Of a DNA stretch of 64,000 bases, positions 11,005 through 22,027 are shown in pieces. Position 1 is the first letter of the stretch; every line of letters begins with the position of its first letter. The DNA is from Blastocladiella emersonii ATCC 22665 (taxonomy: Eukaryota; Fungi; Blastocladiomycota). The DNA is taken from contig JANHCV010000008.1 of assembly GCA_025594325.1 (NCBI GenBank), positions 496,001 to 560,000 on the forward strand. The letters run 5' to 3'. The position numbers and the translations under genes are program-made. Below the pieces are notes generated by a model that worked only from the letters and a program-made list of their open reading frames with translations, ran no database searches and had not been told where the DNA came from.

Positions 11005-12954
11005 ATGAGCTCCCCGCCGCCCTCGGAACCGTGTCCAGGACCATGCGAGCAGTCGTCCATCTTGGTCCGCCTGTGCGACCAGCGCATCAAGCTCATTCGG
11101 TCGGCTCTCTCGCACCGATTGTCTGATACGCCTTGGATTGGAACCGCGGCGTACAAAAACTCGACTCTTGCGATATCTGAGCTTGAGCAGGAGCTCTGTG
11201 CGGCTCAAGCAGCTGCGCAGGTTCCACTAGCAACCGACGACTTGGTAAGCGGAGATGAAGTTGCGCGTCATCCAGACCCTTTCCAGTCCTCGTCATCCGC
11301 ATCACTTTGCTCGCGTCGCTCGCCATCCCCGCGGAATTCTCGGTCGGCGTCAACATCCGTTACTCGTGGCCGCTCCCGCTCCCGCTCTCGCTCTCTATCG
11401 CGCTCTGCTGAGAGAGACCGCGATCGGCCATACTCGCGCTCCCGTTCACGCACCACAAAGCGAGGCCGGTCTCGATTGCGGTCTCGTTCGCGGTCGCACT
11501 CGCGCTCTGGAGGGCGATGAAAGACGCCGCATCGCTCTCCATCGCAATCACGCTCCAGCGCAGTGCGACGCAGCGCGAGATTGCGCACTTGCTCGCCGTC
11601 CCGCAGCTCGTACTCGCCCGCGCGACTCGCTGCTCCCAAGGAGCCCATGCCGTACAAAAAACTTCGACACATTGTTCGAGACAACACCAAATATCTTCGC
11701 GGAAAGAATTTAGAAACGCCCTCGGAGCTAAAATGGCTGCGCAGCTTTCTCAATCGGATACTGCGAGACGTTGGTTCTGGCAACCTTGCCAACGTCGCGC
11801 TCCTGTGCCGCCAGTGTCTAGAGCCGCAAGTGTACCACGCTCTGGCACTGGTCCTTGACCCAGATATGTCCGACGACGACGCTTGGGAGGCCATTGCTGA
11901 AGCGCTTGATCCGTCCCGCCGTCCCGCACGAGTCGCCGAGTGGCTTAACTTGTCTCGCGGCAGAGACGAGTCAGTCGCCGATTTTGCCCATCGCTTCAAG
12001 TTGTGCCTTGCCCGTGTCGGGTCCGCGCACTTTTATCGAACCCGGCTTGCAGTGCGGTTCACGTTCCTCGAAAAGGCTCTCGTTCATCCTGTTTCCAAGG
12101 AGACTTTGGATCGGCTCAACAACAGCACATCAAAACTTACTTCGCTGACTCCGCTGGTCGCCCAACTCCAACACCTCGAGACCAAACAGGTTACGCGCGG
12201 CCGTGATGCTCTCGCCAATGGTAAAGCGACTCCGGCTCGCGCGACAGCGATCCCGAGCGCATCGGCCGCTTCAGCTTCGCGGGCAGTCAAGAACGGACCG
12301 TCTCCAATCGTTGCAGCCAACTTGGGTTCACCTCCTCTTGACGCCCCGACTTCAGCTATCAACTCTGCGGCACCGCTTTCACTCGTTCCTGTGGTAGCAG
12401 CTGCAGATACACCCAAGCCTTCTACCAAGCCCATTCCAATCGTATGGGTGGACCCAGCTCCAACAGTCTTCAAGGACGAGGACCTGAGGCGTACTCTCCC
12501 GTCGCGCCCATCTCTCCGTTCGCGCTCACCGCCGCGCAACTCGCTTCCCGCACCGCTGGACCCGCCCGAGACCCCCAAGTCCTTCTCAGTCGCTTCCTTG
12601 ACAGACTCGGGTTGCGTGTTCTGCGAGTGTCTTGTCTTCCACGTTGATCGACGTGGCCCGCCACATATTCTCTCAAAGTGCAGGCGGGCGCGTAACACGG
12701 CCGCAGTTGTGTCGGCTATCAACCATGGCATCCGGGTCGCACGGCTTCGCCTCGTTCGTGCCGATCTCGATGCAGCGAACAACGGCGAGGTTGTGGCACG
12801 AATCCAGGCTCTCATTCAACGGCTCGAGGCGGTCGAGCAGACCAACAACGCGTTGCCGCCGGCCATAGGGTACCTCAAGGGATGCCTTGTGCTGGATCCT
12901 GAGGCGCGGAGTGGGCTCTGGCGCAAGATTAGTATGATGGCAAAGGTTGGGTAG
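11005..12954 (+). pseudogene. RS/Gag-like family copy 5 (single in-frame TGA)
   Basis: ORFs 11005..11520 and 11563..12954 are in the same frame, separated only by TGA at 11518-11520 (likely CGA>TGA in the RS tract). A downstream ATG (MPYKKLR) could still give a core-only protein. Confidence 0.7.
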
Positions 12955-13269
12955 AATAGATTGTTAATCACGACTCGGGCAGCCTAGAGACGTTGCGATC
13001 GGGATTGTTGACGGGGATCAACCTGTCGCTTTGCACAGGGTCGCGGAACACGCTGTTGAGTGACAAGATACGCCGTTCAGAACAGCTCTGCCATGATAGG
13101 CACGTTCAATGTAACGCACGCCGGCAACACTCACCCAAACTTGCTGGCCAAGAAAGCCCATACTCGGTTGGTTCCGCGGTCCAACGCGTCCCGCGACGTG
13201 TCCGGCGCCACACTTCGGATGAGCGACGCGTCCTTGCAAGTCAACTCCTCCCGCGCCAAACGAACCACC

Positions 13270-15564
13270 ATGAACGAAGCGAATGAAACTCCACCGCAAC
13301 TTGCTGCATCGTGCCTTATGAGCACCATGGGTGCTGTCGGTGACATTTCGGGTGGGCGGTCAATTTCTTCCATGTTCGCCTTGCTCGACCTGCGCATTCA
13401 GAACATCCGACTGGGCCTCTCGCACCGTTTCGGCGGCATTCCGGTACTTGATAACCCGATGCAAGTTTCCACACCTGGCTCATCGACGGGGCTAGAGACC
13501 CAGCTGGCCGTGTTGCTGGAAGCGGCGCAGCTTGCTGAATACCCCGCCAACGTCAGCGGCGTGCGGCCCGTGCCCGCGGAGCCTCACCAAAGCGAACGGG
13601 ACACCTTTATGTTGGACTCTTTGAGCAGCTCCCGACCAAATACGTTTTTTGAGGCCGATGATTGGTCCAGGCCTCTTTCGCACTCGCGTTCTAGGTCGAG
13701 TCCACCTTCTTGGACACGTCACTCGCCCGAGCTTCAGTCGACATCCCGCTCGCCATTTCGCTCGCATTTGCAATCTCTCTCACGATCCAGATCTCGTCCA
13801 CGCTCGCGGTCCAGGTCACGCTCAAACTCGCGTTCCCGCTCTCGTCCTCGGACAGGTCACCCGCGCGGACGTTTGTCCCCTCGCCGTTCGCGAACGTGTT
13901 TGCCCTCTGAAATGCATTTGACGACCGGATCCCGTTCACGCTCGCGCTCGCGTTCTCGGCCCCGGTTCTGCTCGTCAACACCTCCAAGATCTCGATCGCG
14001 GTCGCGACCACGGCCGCGCTCGGCCAGCCCTCGGCGCGATGCCAGACCGCGGTTTCGCTCACCCGCTCGCGACTATATCGTGCGATGCTCGGAAGAGGGT
14101 CCAATCTCCTATGCTTCACTTTGCTCGGCTGTCGAACGTTTCTCGTCTCAAATCTACGGCGTGAGCTTGGAGTCATCCAATGGCCTCGCCCGTTTCCGCA
14201 CCATGCTGGACCACGTTCTCAAAGTCACTGGGCCGGGCAACCTCGCCCGCGCCGCGCTTCTCTGCCGCTGCGACATGTCTCGGCGCGCGTATCATGCACT
14301 CGCTTTCGCCTTGGACAAGGACATGTCTGACTCGGCTGCGTGGGAGGCGATCACCGAAGCGCTTGATCCGGTGCGCCGTCCCACTCGGGTCGTCGAGTGG
14401 CTCGACCTTGCTCGCAGGGAAAATGAATCGGAATACGGCTTCATGCGTCAGTTCGACGCGTTCCTGACCCGAGAGGGTGTCGCATCCCGTGTTGCAACTC
14501 AACCAGCCTTGCGCATTGTTTTCATCGACAAAGTGCTGACTGGCAACGCTGTCGACCAGCGCGAGCGGCTTCAGCTCTACGACCTCGCCGTTAGGCGGAG
14601 TTCGCTCAACACGCTGGTTAAGGAAGTGCAACGGATTCTTGAGCGCAAACGACAAATCCCGCGCGACGTGTCGCCACCTGCACTGCCAGCGGAGCCCGCC
14701 TTAGCCGCCCCAGCAGGGATTGAGCCTGCTGCATCGACCGCCCAACCCGAACCGAAAACAATCGACCTGGCCGGACCTATTCCGATCGCTCTGGCAAGAC
14801 TGGAACCACTCGCATCTGTCGAGGGTGCTCCAAGCGCAGCTCCAGACTTGAGCAGGTCGACCAGTCGAACTGTGATTGCACCGCCGGATCAACGCACCGA
14901 GTTGCCCAACCGGCCGAGGACGAATGCTCTCAGCCGCTTGAGCGCGCCTGCTGTGCGGCTTCCAAATACTTCGAGCACCGATCGCTCAAGGCAAAAACTG
15001 CCGGCAGCTTTGTCGTCTTGGATTAGGCCGCTTCTGCGCGCAGCGTCTCCACGTCCTCTACCAGCCTCGAGGGATCCTGATGATTCTTGCAAAGCTCGCG
15101 CGCCAGATTCTAGTTGTGTCCGCGCTGGTTCCAAAGTCGCAAAACCGCCTTCTCCCTCTCGACCTCCGCCTACATCCAAGGCTTGGAAACCCATCGAGTG
15201 GACCAACCCGGCACCGGCACCCGCTCCTTCATCCTTTTGCGCCTTTTGCGAGAACCTCGGCTTCCCCGCCCCGCTGCCGCCGCACACGGTCTCTTCTTGC
15301 CAGCTGGCCCGCGACACGCGCCCGATCGTGGACACAATCAGTACCGCGATTTGCAGGGCGCGGCTCAACGTACGGCTCAACGTCGTTACAGACAGCGAGA
15401 TTGTGGCGCGGATCCGGGTGCTGGTCGAACAGCTTCGCACAAGTGACTTGCGCGAAACTGCATCGGCCGCGATCGCGTACCTCGAGGCGTGCTTGGTGCT
15501 GGACCGGTCGACCAGGAGAATTGTGTGGTGCGAGGTGTCTACGGCGGTGATCGCTCGAGAGTAA
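13270..15564 (+). CDS. RS/Gag-like family copy 6 (intact, ~764 aa), closest to copy 2
   Basis: ACCATG at 13270 is in frame with ORF 13060..15564. All modules are present, and it shares the long linker and the KxIEWxNPAP motif with copy 2. Confidence 0.85.
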   Translation: MNEANETPPQLAASCLMSTMGAVGDISGGRSISSMFALLDLRIQNIRLGLSHRFGGIPVLDNPMQVSTPGSSTGLETQLAVLLEAAQLAEYPANVSGVRPVPAEPHQSERDTFMLDSLSSSRPNTFFEADDWSRPLSHSRSRSSPPSWTRHSPELQSTSRSPFRSHLQSLSRSRSRPRSRSRSRSNSRSRSRPRTGHPRGRLSPRRSRTCLPSEMHLTTGSRSRSRSRSRPRFCSSTPPRSRSRSRPRPRSASPRRDARPRFRSPARDYIVRCSEEGPISYASLCSAVERFSSQIYGVSLESSNGLARFRTMLDHVLKVTGPGNLARAALLCRCDMSRRAYHALAFALDKDMSDSAAWEAITEALDPVRRPTRVVEWLDLARRENESEYGFMRQFDAFLTREGVASRVATQPALRIVFIDKVLTGNAVDQRERLQLYDLAVRRSSLNTLVKEVQRILERKRQIPRDVSPPALPAEPALAAPAGIEPAASTAQPEPKTIDLAGPIPIALARLEPLASVEGAPSAAPDLSRSTSRTVIAPPDQRTELPNRPRTNALSRLSAPAVRLPNTSSTDRSRQKLPAALSSWIRPLLRAASPRPLPASRDPDDSCKARAPDSSCVRAGSKVAKPPSPSRPPPTSKAWKPIEWTNPAPAPAPSSFCAFCENLGFPAPLPPHTVSSCQLARDTRPIVDTISTAICRARLNVRLNVVTDSEIVARIRVLVEQLRTSDLRETASAAIAYLEACLVLDRSTRRIVWCEVSTAVIARE

Positions 15565-15716
15565 GAGGAAACATGTTACGCCCTGATCTGCGATGTCGGG
15601 AGCGGTGATACCCTTGGTGGCGTGGTCGCGTCGGTCATGGCAGGCTGACCGGCGTGATCACAAAAAGAGGTGCGGCGCGGACGTGACGGCCGCTTCTCCC
15701 CGCGCAATTCCACACC

Positions 15717-17389
15717 ATGTATGAAACGAATGAAAAACTCCAGCCACTTGATGCATTACGCTTCACGTGTCCAAATATGCAGTTGGCCGCTTCCGACGAC
15801 CCAAGGCACGAGGTCGACCTCCTGGTCCAAGCGTGCAACACGCGCCTTCACACCATTGTGCTCTACCTTTCAAACCGGCTTTCTGGCGTACCGTGGGTCA
15901 GCTCAGCGGCACTCTGGCCCACTTCTACTGCCCCGATCCGCGGGCTGGAATCTCGAGTTAGCTTGCTGAATCTTTGACGTGTGCGCGCGTGGGTGGCAGT
16001 GGATCGCGGGCTAGCTACGACGTCCGATCCGCTGAACTGAACGCAACGCCAGATCCTCTTGACGCAGCAGCGTCTGGTCCGAGTGCCCGAACCAAGTCAC
16101 CGGGCCCATCTCGAAGGACTTCGCGCACTTTATCGCGCTCTCGTTCCCCTAGGCGCCACATGTCTCGATCCCCTTCGCACTCTTTTCGGGCTTCTCGACC
16201 CAGGTCTCGCTCGCTTACGCGCACCCGGCACGGCTCACGATCGCCTTCGCGGCCAAGGTCGCGCTCCCGGGTACGCGGACGCCAAGGCGACACGTACGAG
16301 CTTGGTACTTCTCGTCGATCTGCCACCTCTCGTCAAATTTCGAGCAAGGGCCTGCGGCTTTATGTGCGCGACATTGCCCATTTCATCCGGCGCGAAGATC
16401 TGGAGACCCCCGGCGGGCTCGCGCAACTCCGCTTCTTCTTCAACAAGCACGTTCTCCCACGGACCGGACCGGGCACACTCGCGCGCGCCGCGCTGCTATG
16501 CCGCCGCTGTCTAGCCCCGCACGTGTTCGCTGCGCTCGCCCTGGTACTGGATCCGGGTATGCCCGACGAGACCGCGTGGAAAGCCATCACTTTGGCGCTC
16601 GATCCAGCGCGCCGATCCGAGCAGGTTTCCGAGTTCATTGCCATCGCGCGGGCAAAGGACGAGTCGGTCAACAATTTTGCGAGACGGTTCAAGCGATTCC
16701 TCTAGCATGTCGCGATGGACAGTCTCTTTGAATCGCGACCCGCGCTGCGCCTAGCGTTTGTAGACAAGGCAGCGACGCTTGACATCGGTTTGCTGGCGCT
16801 CGACCAGCTTCTGGATTGCGCACAGAAGCCCAGCACGCTCGGCACGCTGGCTGCTCTCATTCAGCGCGTCGAGCAGCTGCCCCTTGGTCGTCGCGAGCGA
16901 ACGGTTGCCGAGGAACCTCCCGTGCGCCTTGCTGCCCTGGTGAGTGCGCAACGCAGCCGTTCTCCAACGCTCGCGCGCACAACTCCACTTCCCGCAACAG
17001 TTCGTGAAGCAGCCACGGCACCACCGAGCCCGTCGGCTTCTTGCTCCTTTTGTCGTTGTCTCTTCATCACCCCCGGCCGGCACCTACCACCGCATAGCTT
17101 CGCTAACTGCAGGCGAGTGGGCGTCACGCCTCTGATTGTTTCTTCCGTCAACCACGCGGTCCGCGCGATCCGGTTGCGCGTCACTCAAGCCGATCTGGAT
17201 GCGGCATCAGACGGCGAAGTTGAGGCCCGCATTACCTCGCTCGCCGGTCGCCTCCGCGCGCTGCAAGCCACCAATAACGCGGTGCCGGAGGCGGTTGGAT
17301 ATCTTGACGCATGCCTTGTCCTCGATGCCAAGGAGATGCGGAGGGTCTGGAGCGCCATCTGTGATACTATTCTGGTCAGAAAGTTGTGA
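15717..17389 (+). pseudogene. RS/Gag-like family copy 7 (disrupted), closest to copy 4
   Basis: 1-nt frameshift at ~15972, and an in-frame TAG at 16703-16705 where copy 4 has GAG (KRFLE). Confidence 0.8.
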
Positions 17390-17656
17390 CAATACATTGG
17401 GTTTTTCTTGTTCGTACGGTTAGCATAGAGTTGACCTGACCGTGGAAGCATTGCCCCGTGCGGATGGTTTTGAGTGGTGAGCCATCTGTCTTCGTGACAT
17501 TTCGCCTTCGTGACATTTCGCCAAACCCAGGCAGGGCCACGCGTTGGTTTTATGCGGCTGATCGCGCGTGACTTCGAGTGGCGATGTAGTGGCGTCAATG
17601 TGGCGCAGTGAAACAACAGCTGCGAGTCGCCCCTATCTGCTCTCGCCTATTCCGCG

Positions 17657-19633
17657 ATGAAAACAAATGAAAATCTTTCGTTACTTCATGCAATGAGCTT
17701 GATATCACCTTCAGAAAACAGTCCCGAACTGTGCGAGCAGTCGTCCATCTTGTTCTGCTTGTGTGACGAACGCACCAAGCACATCCGGTCGGTGCTCTCG
17801 CACCGCCTGACTGATACACCGTGGATTGAAACCGCAGCGTATCACGACTCAATCCTTGCAATTTCTGGCCTCGAAAAACAACTCTACGCAATGCAGGCCG
17901 CTGCGCAGTTCCCCCTTGCATCCGACGACGTTGCAAGCGGGGACGGGCTGCACCGGCCGAACTCTTGCCCGGCCTTTTCGGCTGACTCAATCCGTTCACG
18001 TCGCTCGCCATCCCGCTCGCGCTCTCGATCGCGTCCAGTCGGCCGGAACCGTAGCGGCCCACACCCACGCTTACGCTCGCGCTCACGCTCCCCTACTGTC
18101 TCTCGTTCAAGAAGGCGACGCCGGACTCTTTCACGATCGCGCTCGCGCTCAGAAGAGCGACTCAGGTCACCGCCGCGCGCTCGATCGCAGCCACGCTCGA
18201 GCCCAGCGCGACGCGACGTGAGATCAGGCTCTCGCTCGCCGTCCCGCAGCTCACCCGCATTCACGCGACCTGCCGTTTCCAAGGGCCCCATGTCACACAC
18301 CGAACTTCGTCTCTACGTGCGGGATAAAACTAGGCGCCTATGAGGCATCGACTTGGAGACGCCCTCAGGGCTCGCATGGCTGCGCAGCTTTCTCGACCAG
18401 ATCCTGCGCGTCACTGGTCCCGGCAACCTTGCCCAGGTCGCGCTTCTGTGTCGTCAGCGTCTGGTCCCGCGAGTCTATCACGCGCTGGCACTAATTCTTG
18501 ACCCCGAAATGTCCGACGAGGTTGCGTGGGGAGCCATCACCGAGGCGCTGGATCCGGCTCGTCGCCCCGCTTGGGTCTCCGAATGGCTCGGCCTGACTCG
18601 CGGTAGGGACGAGTCGGCCCCCGCCTTCGCCGGCCGCTTTGAGCAATGTCTCGCCCGCGTCGGGTCCACCGATCTTTATCAAATTCGAGTCGCTGTGCGG
18701 TTCACGTTTATGGAAAAGGCTCTCATCCGTACTCTCAACGTTCGATTTATGGATCGGCTCTACGACCGTGCTGCACAGCTGACCTCGCCATCCGAGCTAG
18801 CTGCCTTTATTCAACAACTCGAAACCAAGCAGCTTTTGCGCGACAAGCGTAGCCTTGCCGATGATGAATCGGCGACGGTGTGCGCGCCGGCGAGTCCGAG
18901 CGGATCGGCCGCCCTGTTTCCAGCGGCGGCCATGGACGAAGCGGCCCAACTCGCGGCCACGACCACCGACTCACTTTCACCCGCCGTCCCAATTTCGGAC
19001 ACCAACTCGATGGCATTGGCTTCACCTGCACCGGCGGCATCATCCACAATCACGCCCGAGTTATTCAACAAGCCAGCTCCCATCACATGGGCGGACCCAG
19101 CTCCAACGGCGGCCGCAAAGGAGAAAGTTCCGACGCTTACCTTACCACCGCGCCCATCGCTTCGCTTGCGCCCACTACTGCCCGCGCACCCTCCTTCGCC
19201 GCGCGGTCCACCTCTACGCGACCCGCCACCACGCGATCCAGCTCCTGCGGCTCCCGCTGCGTGGCCCGTCGCATCAACAACCGATTCGGCATGCGCATTC
19301 TGCCGGTGTCTTGTCTACCACGTCGATCGGCTCCATGTCCCACACCTTCTCATTCAATGCAAGCGGGCGCTGAATACCGATGCGACTGTATCGGCCATCA
19401 ACCACGCCATTCGGGTCTCGCGGCTTCGCTTTGTACGGGCCGATATAGCCGCAGCGAACGACAGTGAGGTCATGGCGCGAATCCAAGCGCTAATTCAACG
19501 GTTCGAGGCGATCAAGCAAGTCAACAATGCGGTGCCGCCGGCCATCGGGTACCTCAAGGGGTGTCTCGTGCTGGGCCACGAGCTGCGGGGCCGGCTCTGG
19601 AGCTTGGTTTGTAAGACGGTGAAGCTCGGGTAG
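17657..19633 (+). pseudogene. RS/Gag-like family copy 8 (single in-frame TGA), closest to copy 5
   Basis: ORFs 17657..18343 and 18353..19633 are in frame. TGA at 18341-18343 sits where copy 5 has Arg (YLRGKNLETP vs RL*GIDLETP). Confidence 0.7.
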
Positions 19634-19979
19634 AATACATCGTTATCCATAATGGATTGCTTGTCCGCGTTGCGGTTCTCGCGAACCAAGGAAATATGAG
19701 CACCTGAGCAATGTAGCGCGGCGAGTTTGGCAAGTAGGGTGGCCGTGTTCGCGACGTCGACCAAGTTCAATGTGCGAGCGCCGACTGGGAAAGCGCATCA
19801 AGTGCATGTTGAGTTAGCCAACTAAAACGTATCGCGCCGATAGGGTCTCTCACCGAGACGCGTTGCTCATTCGCGCGCGCGTCAGCCGTCTGAAGCGTGA
19901 GTGATGTAATCGCGATCAAGGTGGCTCGTCGACCGACCCGCGACGACGATCAATTCTGTCTCTCCCTAGCTCTCCTGGC

Positions 19980-21905
19980 ATGAAAACGAATGAAAGGCAG
20001 TTGCTACTTGCTGCAATGAACATAGAGAGACCTTTGGATCAGCCTGCAAAAGCCGGCGGGCTGAGCGATGACATGTCCAATTTGCTCCTCCGTTGCGAGA
20101 CACGCATACAACATATCCGCTTGGGCCTGTCGCATCGCTTACACGGCGCACAACCGAATGGGTCATCAATGCAGCAATCCATCTCGCCCGTGGCTGCTCA
20201 ACTCGATCAAGAGCTTGCCACGCCCATTGCCTCGGCGCCGTGTCCCGCGCAGCCGTCTGAGACAATGATCTCGAATCCGACACCAGATCCGGTGCAGATT
20301 CCCACGCCCATCAATGCCTCCAGCGACGACGGACCGTTGCTTTCGAAAACCGTCACTCGACCTCGCTCTCGTTCATGGTCGTTCTCTCGTGATCCGCCCA
20401 GCTCGCCCGTTCAGCTTAATTCTCGGCACGCTTCGCCTTCGCCTGCTCAGTTGAACAAGAGATCTCAGTCCCCGCTCGGCTCTCGGCCTGCTTCATGCTC
20501 GCGCTCGCCATCAAGGGCTCGGTCGCCTTCTCGCTCGTCACTTTCGCCCTCGGATTCTCGTCTTGCAAAAGAGCATTCCCGATCCCCGCGCACATATCAG
20601 TATCGTAATAGCTCGCGCTCACGGTCACACTCGCGCTCAAGGTCACGCTCACGCTCACGATCCCGGTCACGCTCACGATCCCGGTCACGCTCACGATCCC
20701 GGCCACGCTCACGCTCACGGTCACGCTCACGCTCACGGTCACGCTCACGCTCACGCTCGCGCTCGCGCTCGCGCTCCCCGTACATGCGCCATAGCCACAC
20801 TCGGTCGCGTTCCGGTTCTCGCTCTTACTCGCGCCGGAACAGCACGGCGTCCTTACAATCTCAACCACGCTCTCGGCGTCGCGGCGCTGGATCTCAAGTC
20901 AGCTCATCCTCCCGTGGGAATGCTGAACCCACTGGGTATTCTCCACTGGACGCCGCAATTCGAGCCGCTTCCGAGCGCTTGAAGAACATTGATTTCGAAA
21001 CTAACGCGGACCTGGCCGATTTCCGCGTCTTCCTCGCCGACGTTTGGGTGCGCTCCTACCCAGGCACTTTGGCGCGCGCCGCTCTTGCGTGTCGTCGGTA
21101 CGTGCCGCCGCGCGTCTACCATGCACTCGCGCTCGCGCTTGACGAGAGGATGTTTGACGAACCCGCGTGGGACGCGATCGCCGATACGCTCAGCCCGGAC
21201 GTTGGTTCCGCGCAAGTTTCCGAGTGGATGGACCTCACACGCGGCCACGATGAGCCGGCACTCGAATTTATTCGCCGCTTCGAGACCTGCCTCGCGCGCG
21301 TGGGCTCCGTTCTGTTCTTTGACTCGCGGCCGGCAGTCCGCTTGGCATTTCTCGACAAGGCGCTTGCTCGTCGGATCGACAACGAGTCGGCTCTTTCTCG
21401 TCTCGAGGAGGCTGTGACCCAACCCGGCTCGATCCACGAGGTTGTTGCGCGGATCCTGCGCACCGAAGATGGCATGCCGTCGCGTCAGCAAGCGCAGGTC
21501 CCGCCTGCGGAAGCTCGCCGCGGATCGCTGCCGCCACCCGCTCCGTTCTGCCGTTTCTGCGAGCGTATTTTCCGGGGCAAGGGCAAGGCCGTGGTTGCGC
21601 ACCCGCTGTCCACCTGCGAGCGCGCGCAGAACACGGCCGCGATCGTGAAAACCGTTGTCCTCGGGGTTCGTGGCGCAAAGCTTCAGTTTTCACCGGCCAA
21701 GTTGGACCCGTCAACGAACACTGGCGCGGCCTTGCACTGTTTCCGTGACCTCATCGAGCGGCTGCTAAGGTCCAAGAAGGCAAACCTGTCCGTGCTGCCC
21801 GCGGTCGGATACCTTGAAGCGTGCCTAGACCTCGATCGCGAGGGCACGATACGAATTTGGAATGCGATTTGTGCTGCGCTTTGCAAGCAGCACGAGAGAA
21901 AATAG
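19980..21905 (+). CDS. RS/Gag-like family copy 9 (intact, 641 aa; longest pure RS run)
   Basis: Uninterrupted ORF with a near-continuous (SR)n run at ~20610-20780, the core EWMDLTRGHDEPALEFIRRF, and CRFC-x13-H-x4-C. Confidence 0.85.
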   Translation: MKTNERQLLLAAMNIERPLDQPAKAGGLSDDMSNLLLRCETRIQHIRLGLSHRLHGAQPNGSSMQQSISPVAAQLDQELATPIASAPCPAQPSETMISNPTPDPVQIPTPINASSDDGPLLSKTVTRPRSRSWSFSRDPPSSPVQLNSRHASPSPAQLNKRSQSPLGSRPASCSRSPSRARSPSRSSLSPSDSRLAKEHSRSPRTYQYRNSSRSRSHSRSRSRSRSRSRSRSRSRSRSRSRPRSRSRSRSRSRSRSRSRSRSRSRSPYMRHSHTRSRSGSRSYSRRNSTASLQSQPRSRRRGAGSQVSSSSRGNAEPTGYSPLDAAIRAASERLKNIDFETNADLADFRVFLADVWVRSYPGTLARAALACRRYVPPRVYHALALALDERMFDEPAWDAIADTLSPDVGSAQVSEWMDLTRGHDEPALEFIRRFETCLARVGSVLFFDSRPAVRLAFLDKALARRIDNESALSRLEEAVTQPGSIHEVVARILRTEDGMPSRQQAQVPPAEARRGSLPPPAPFCRFCERIFRGKGKAVVAHPLSTCERAQNTAAIVKTVVLGVRGAKLQFSPAKLDPSTNTGAALHCFRDLIERLLRSKKANLSVLPAVGYLEACLDLDREGTIRIWNAICAALCKQHERK

Positions 21906-22027
21906 AGTAGTTTATTCTTCACGTCGAGGGAGTTAGCGATGGGGGACGGGACGCGGTGGACTTCCCACGCGTCGTGAGGCAAAACGCGTCGCGTCGCGTC
22001 GTCCCCGCTCTTCTCAGTCGGCACACC

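Noticed and set aside
9043-20868. Minus-strand ORFs rich in ERERER or SESESE, and plus-strand LALAHA frames
   Set aside because: These are shadow translations of the RS-coding hexamer repeats.
1985-21905. Array of LTR retrotransposons or solo gag-pol elements
   Set aside because: I see no aspartic protease, RT (YxDD), RNase H or integrase motifs, no terminal direct repeats, primer-binding site or target-site duplications. Spacers are only about 150-500 bp.
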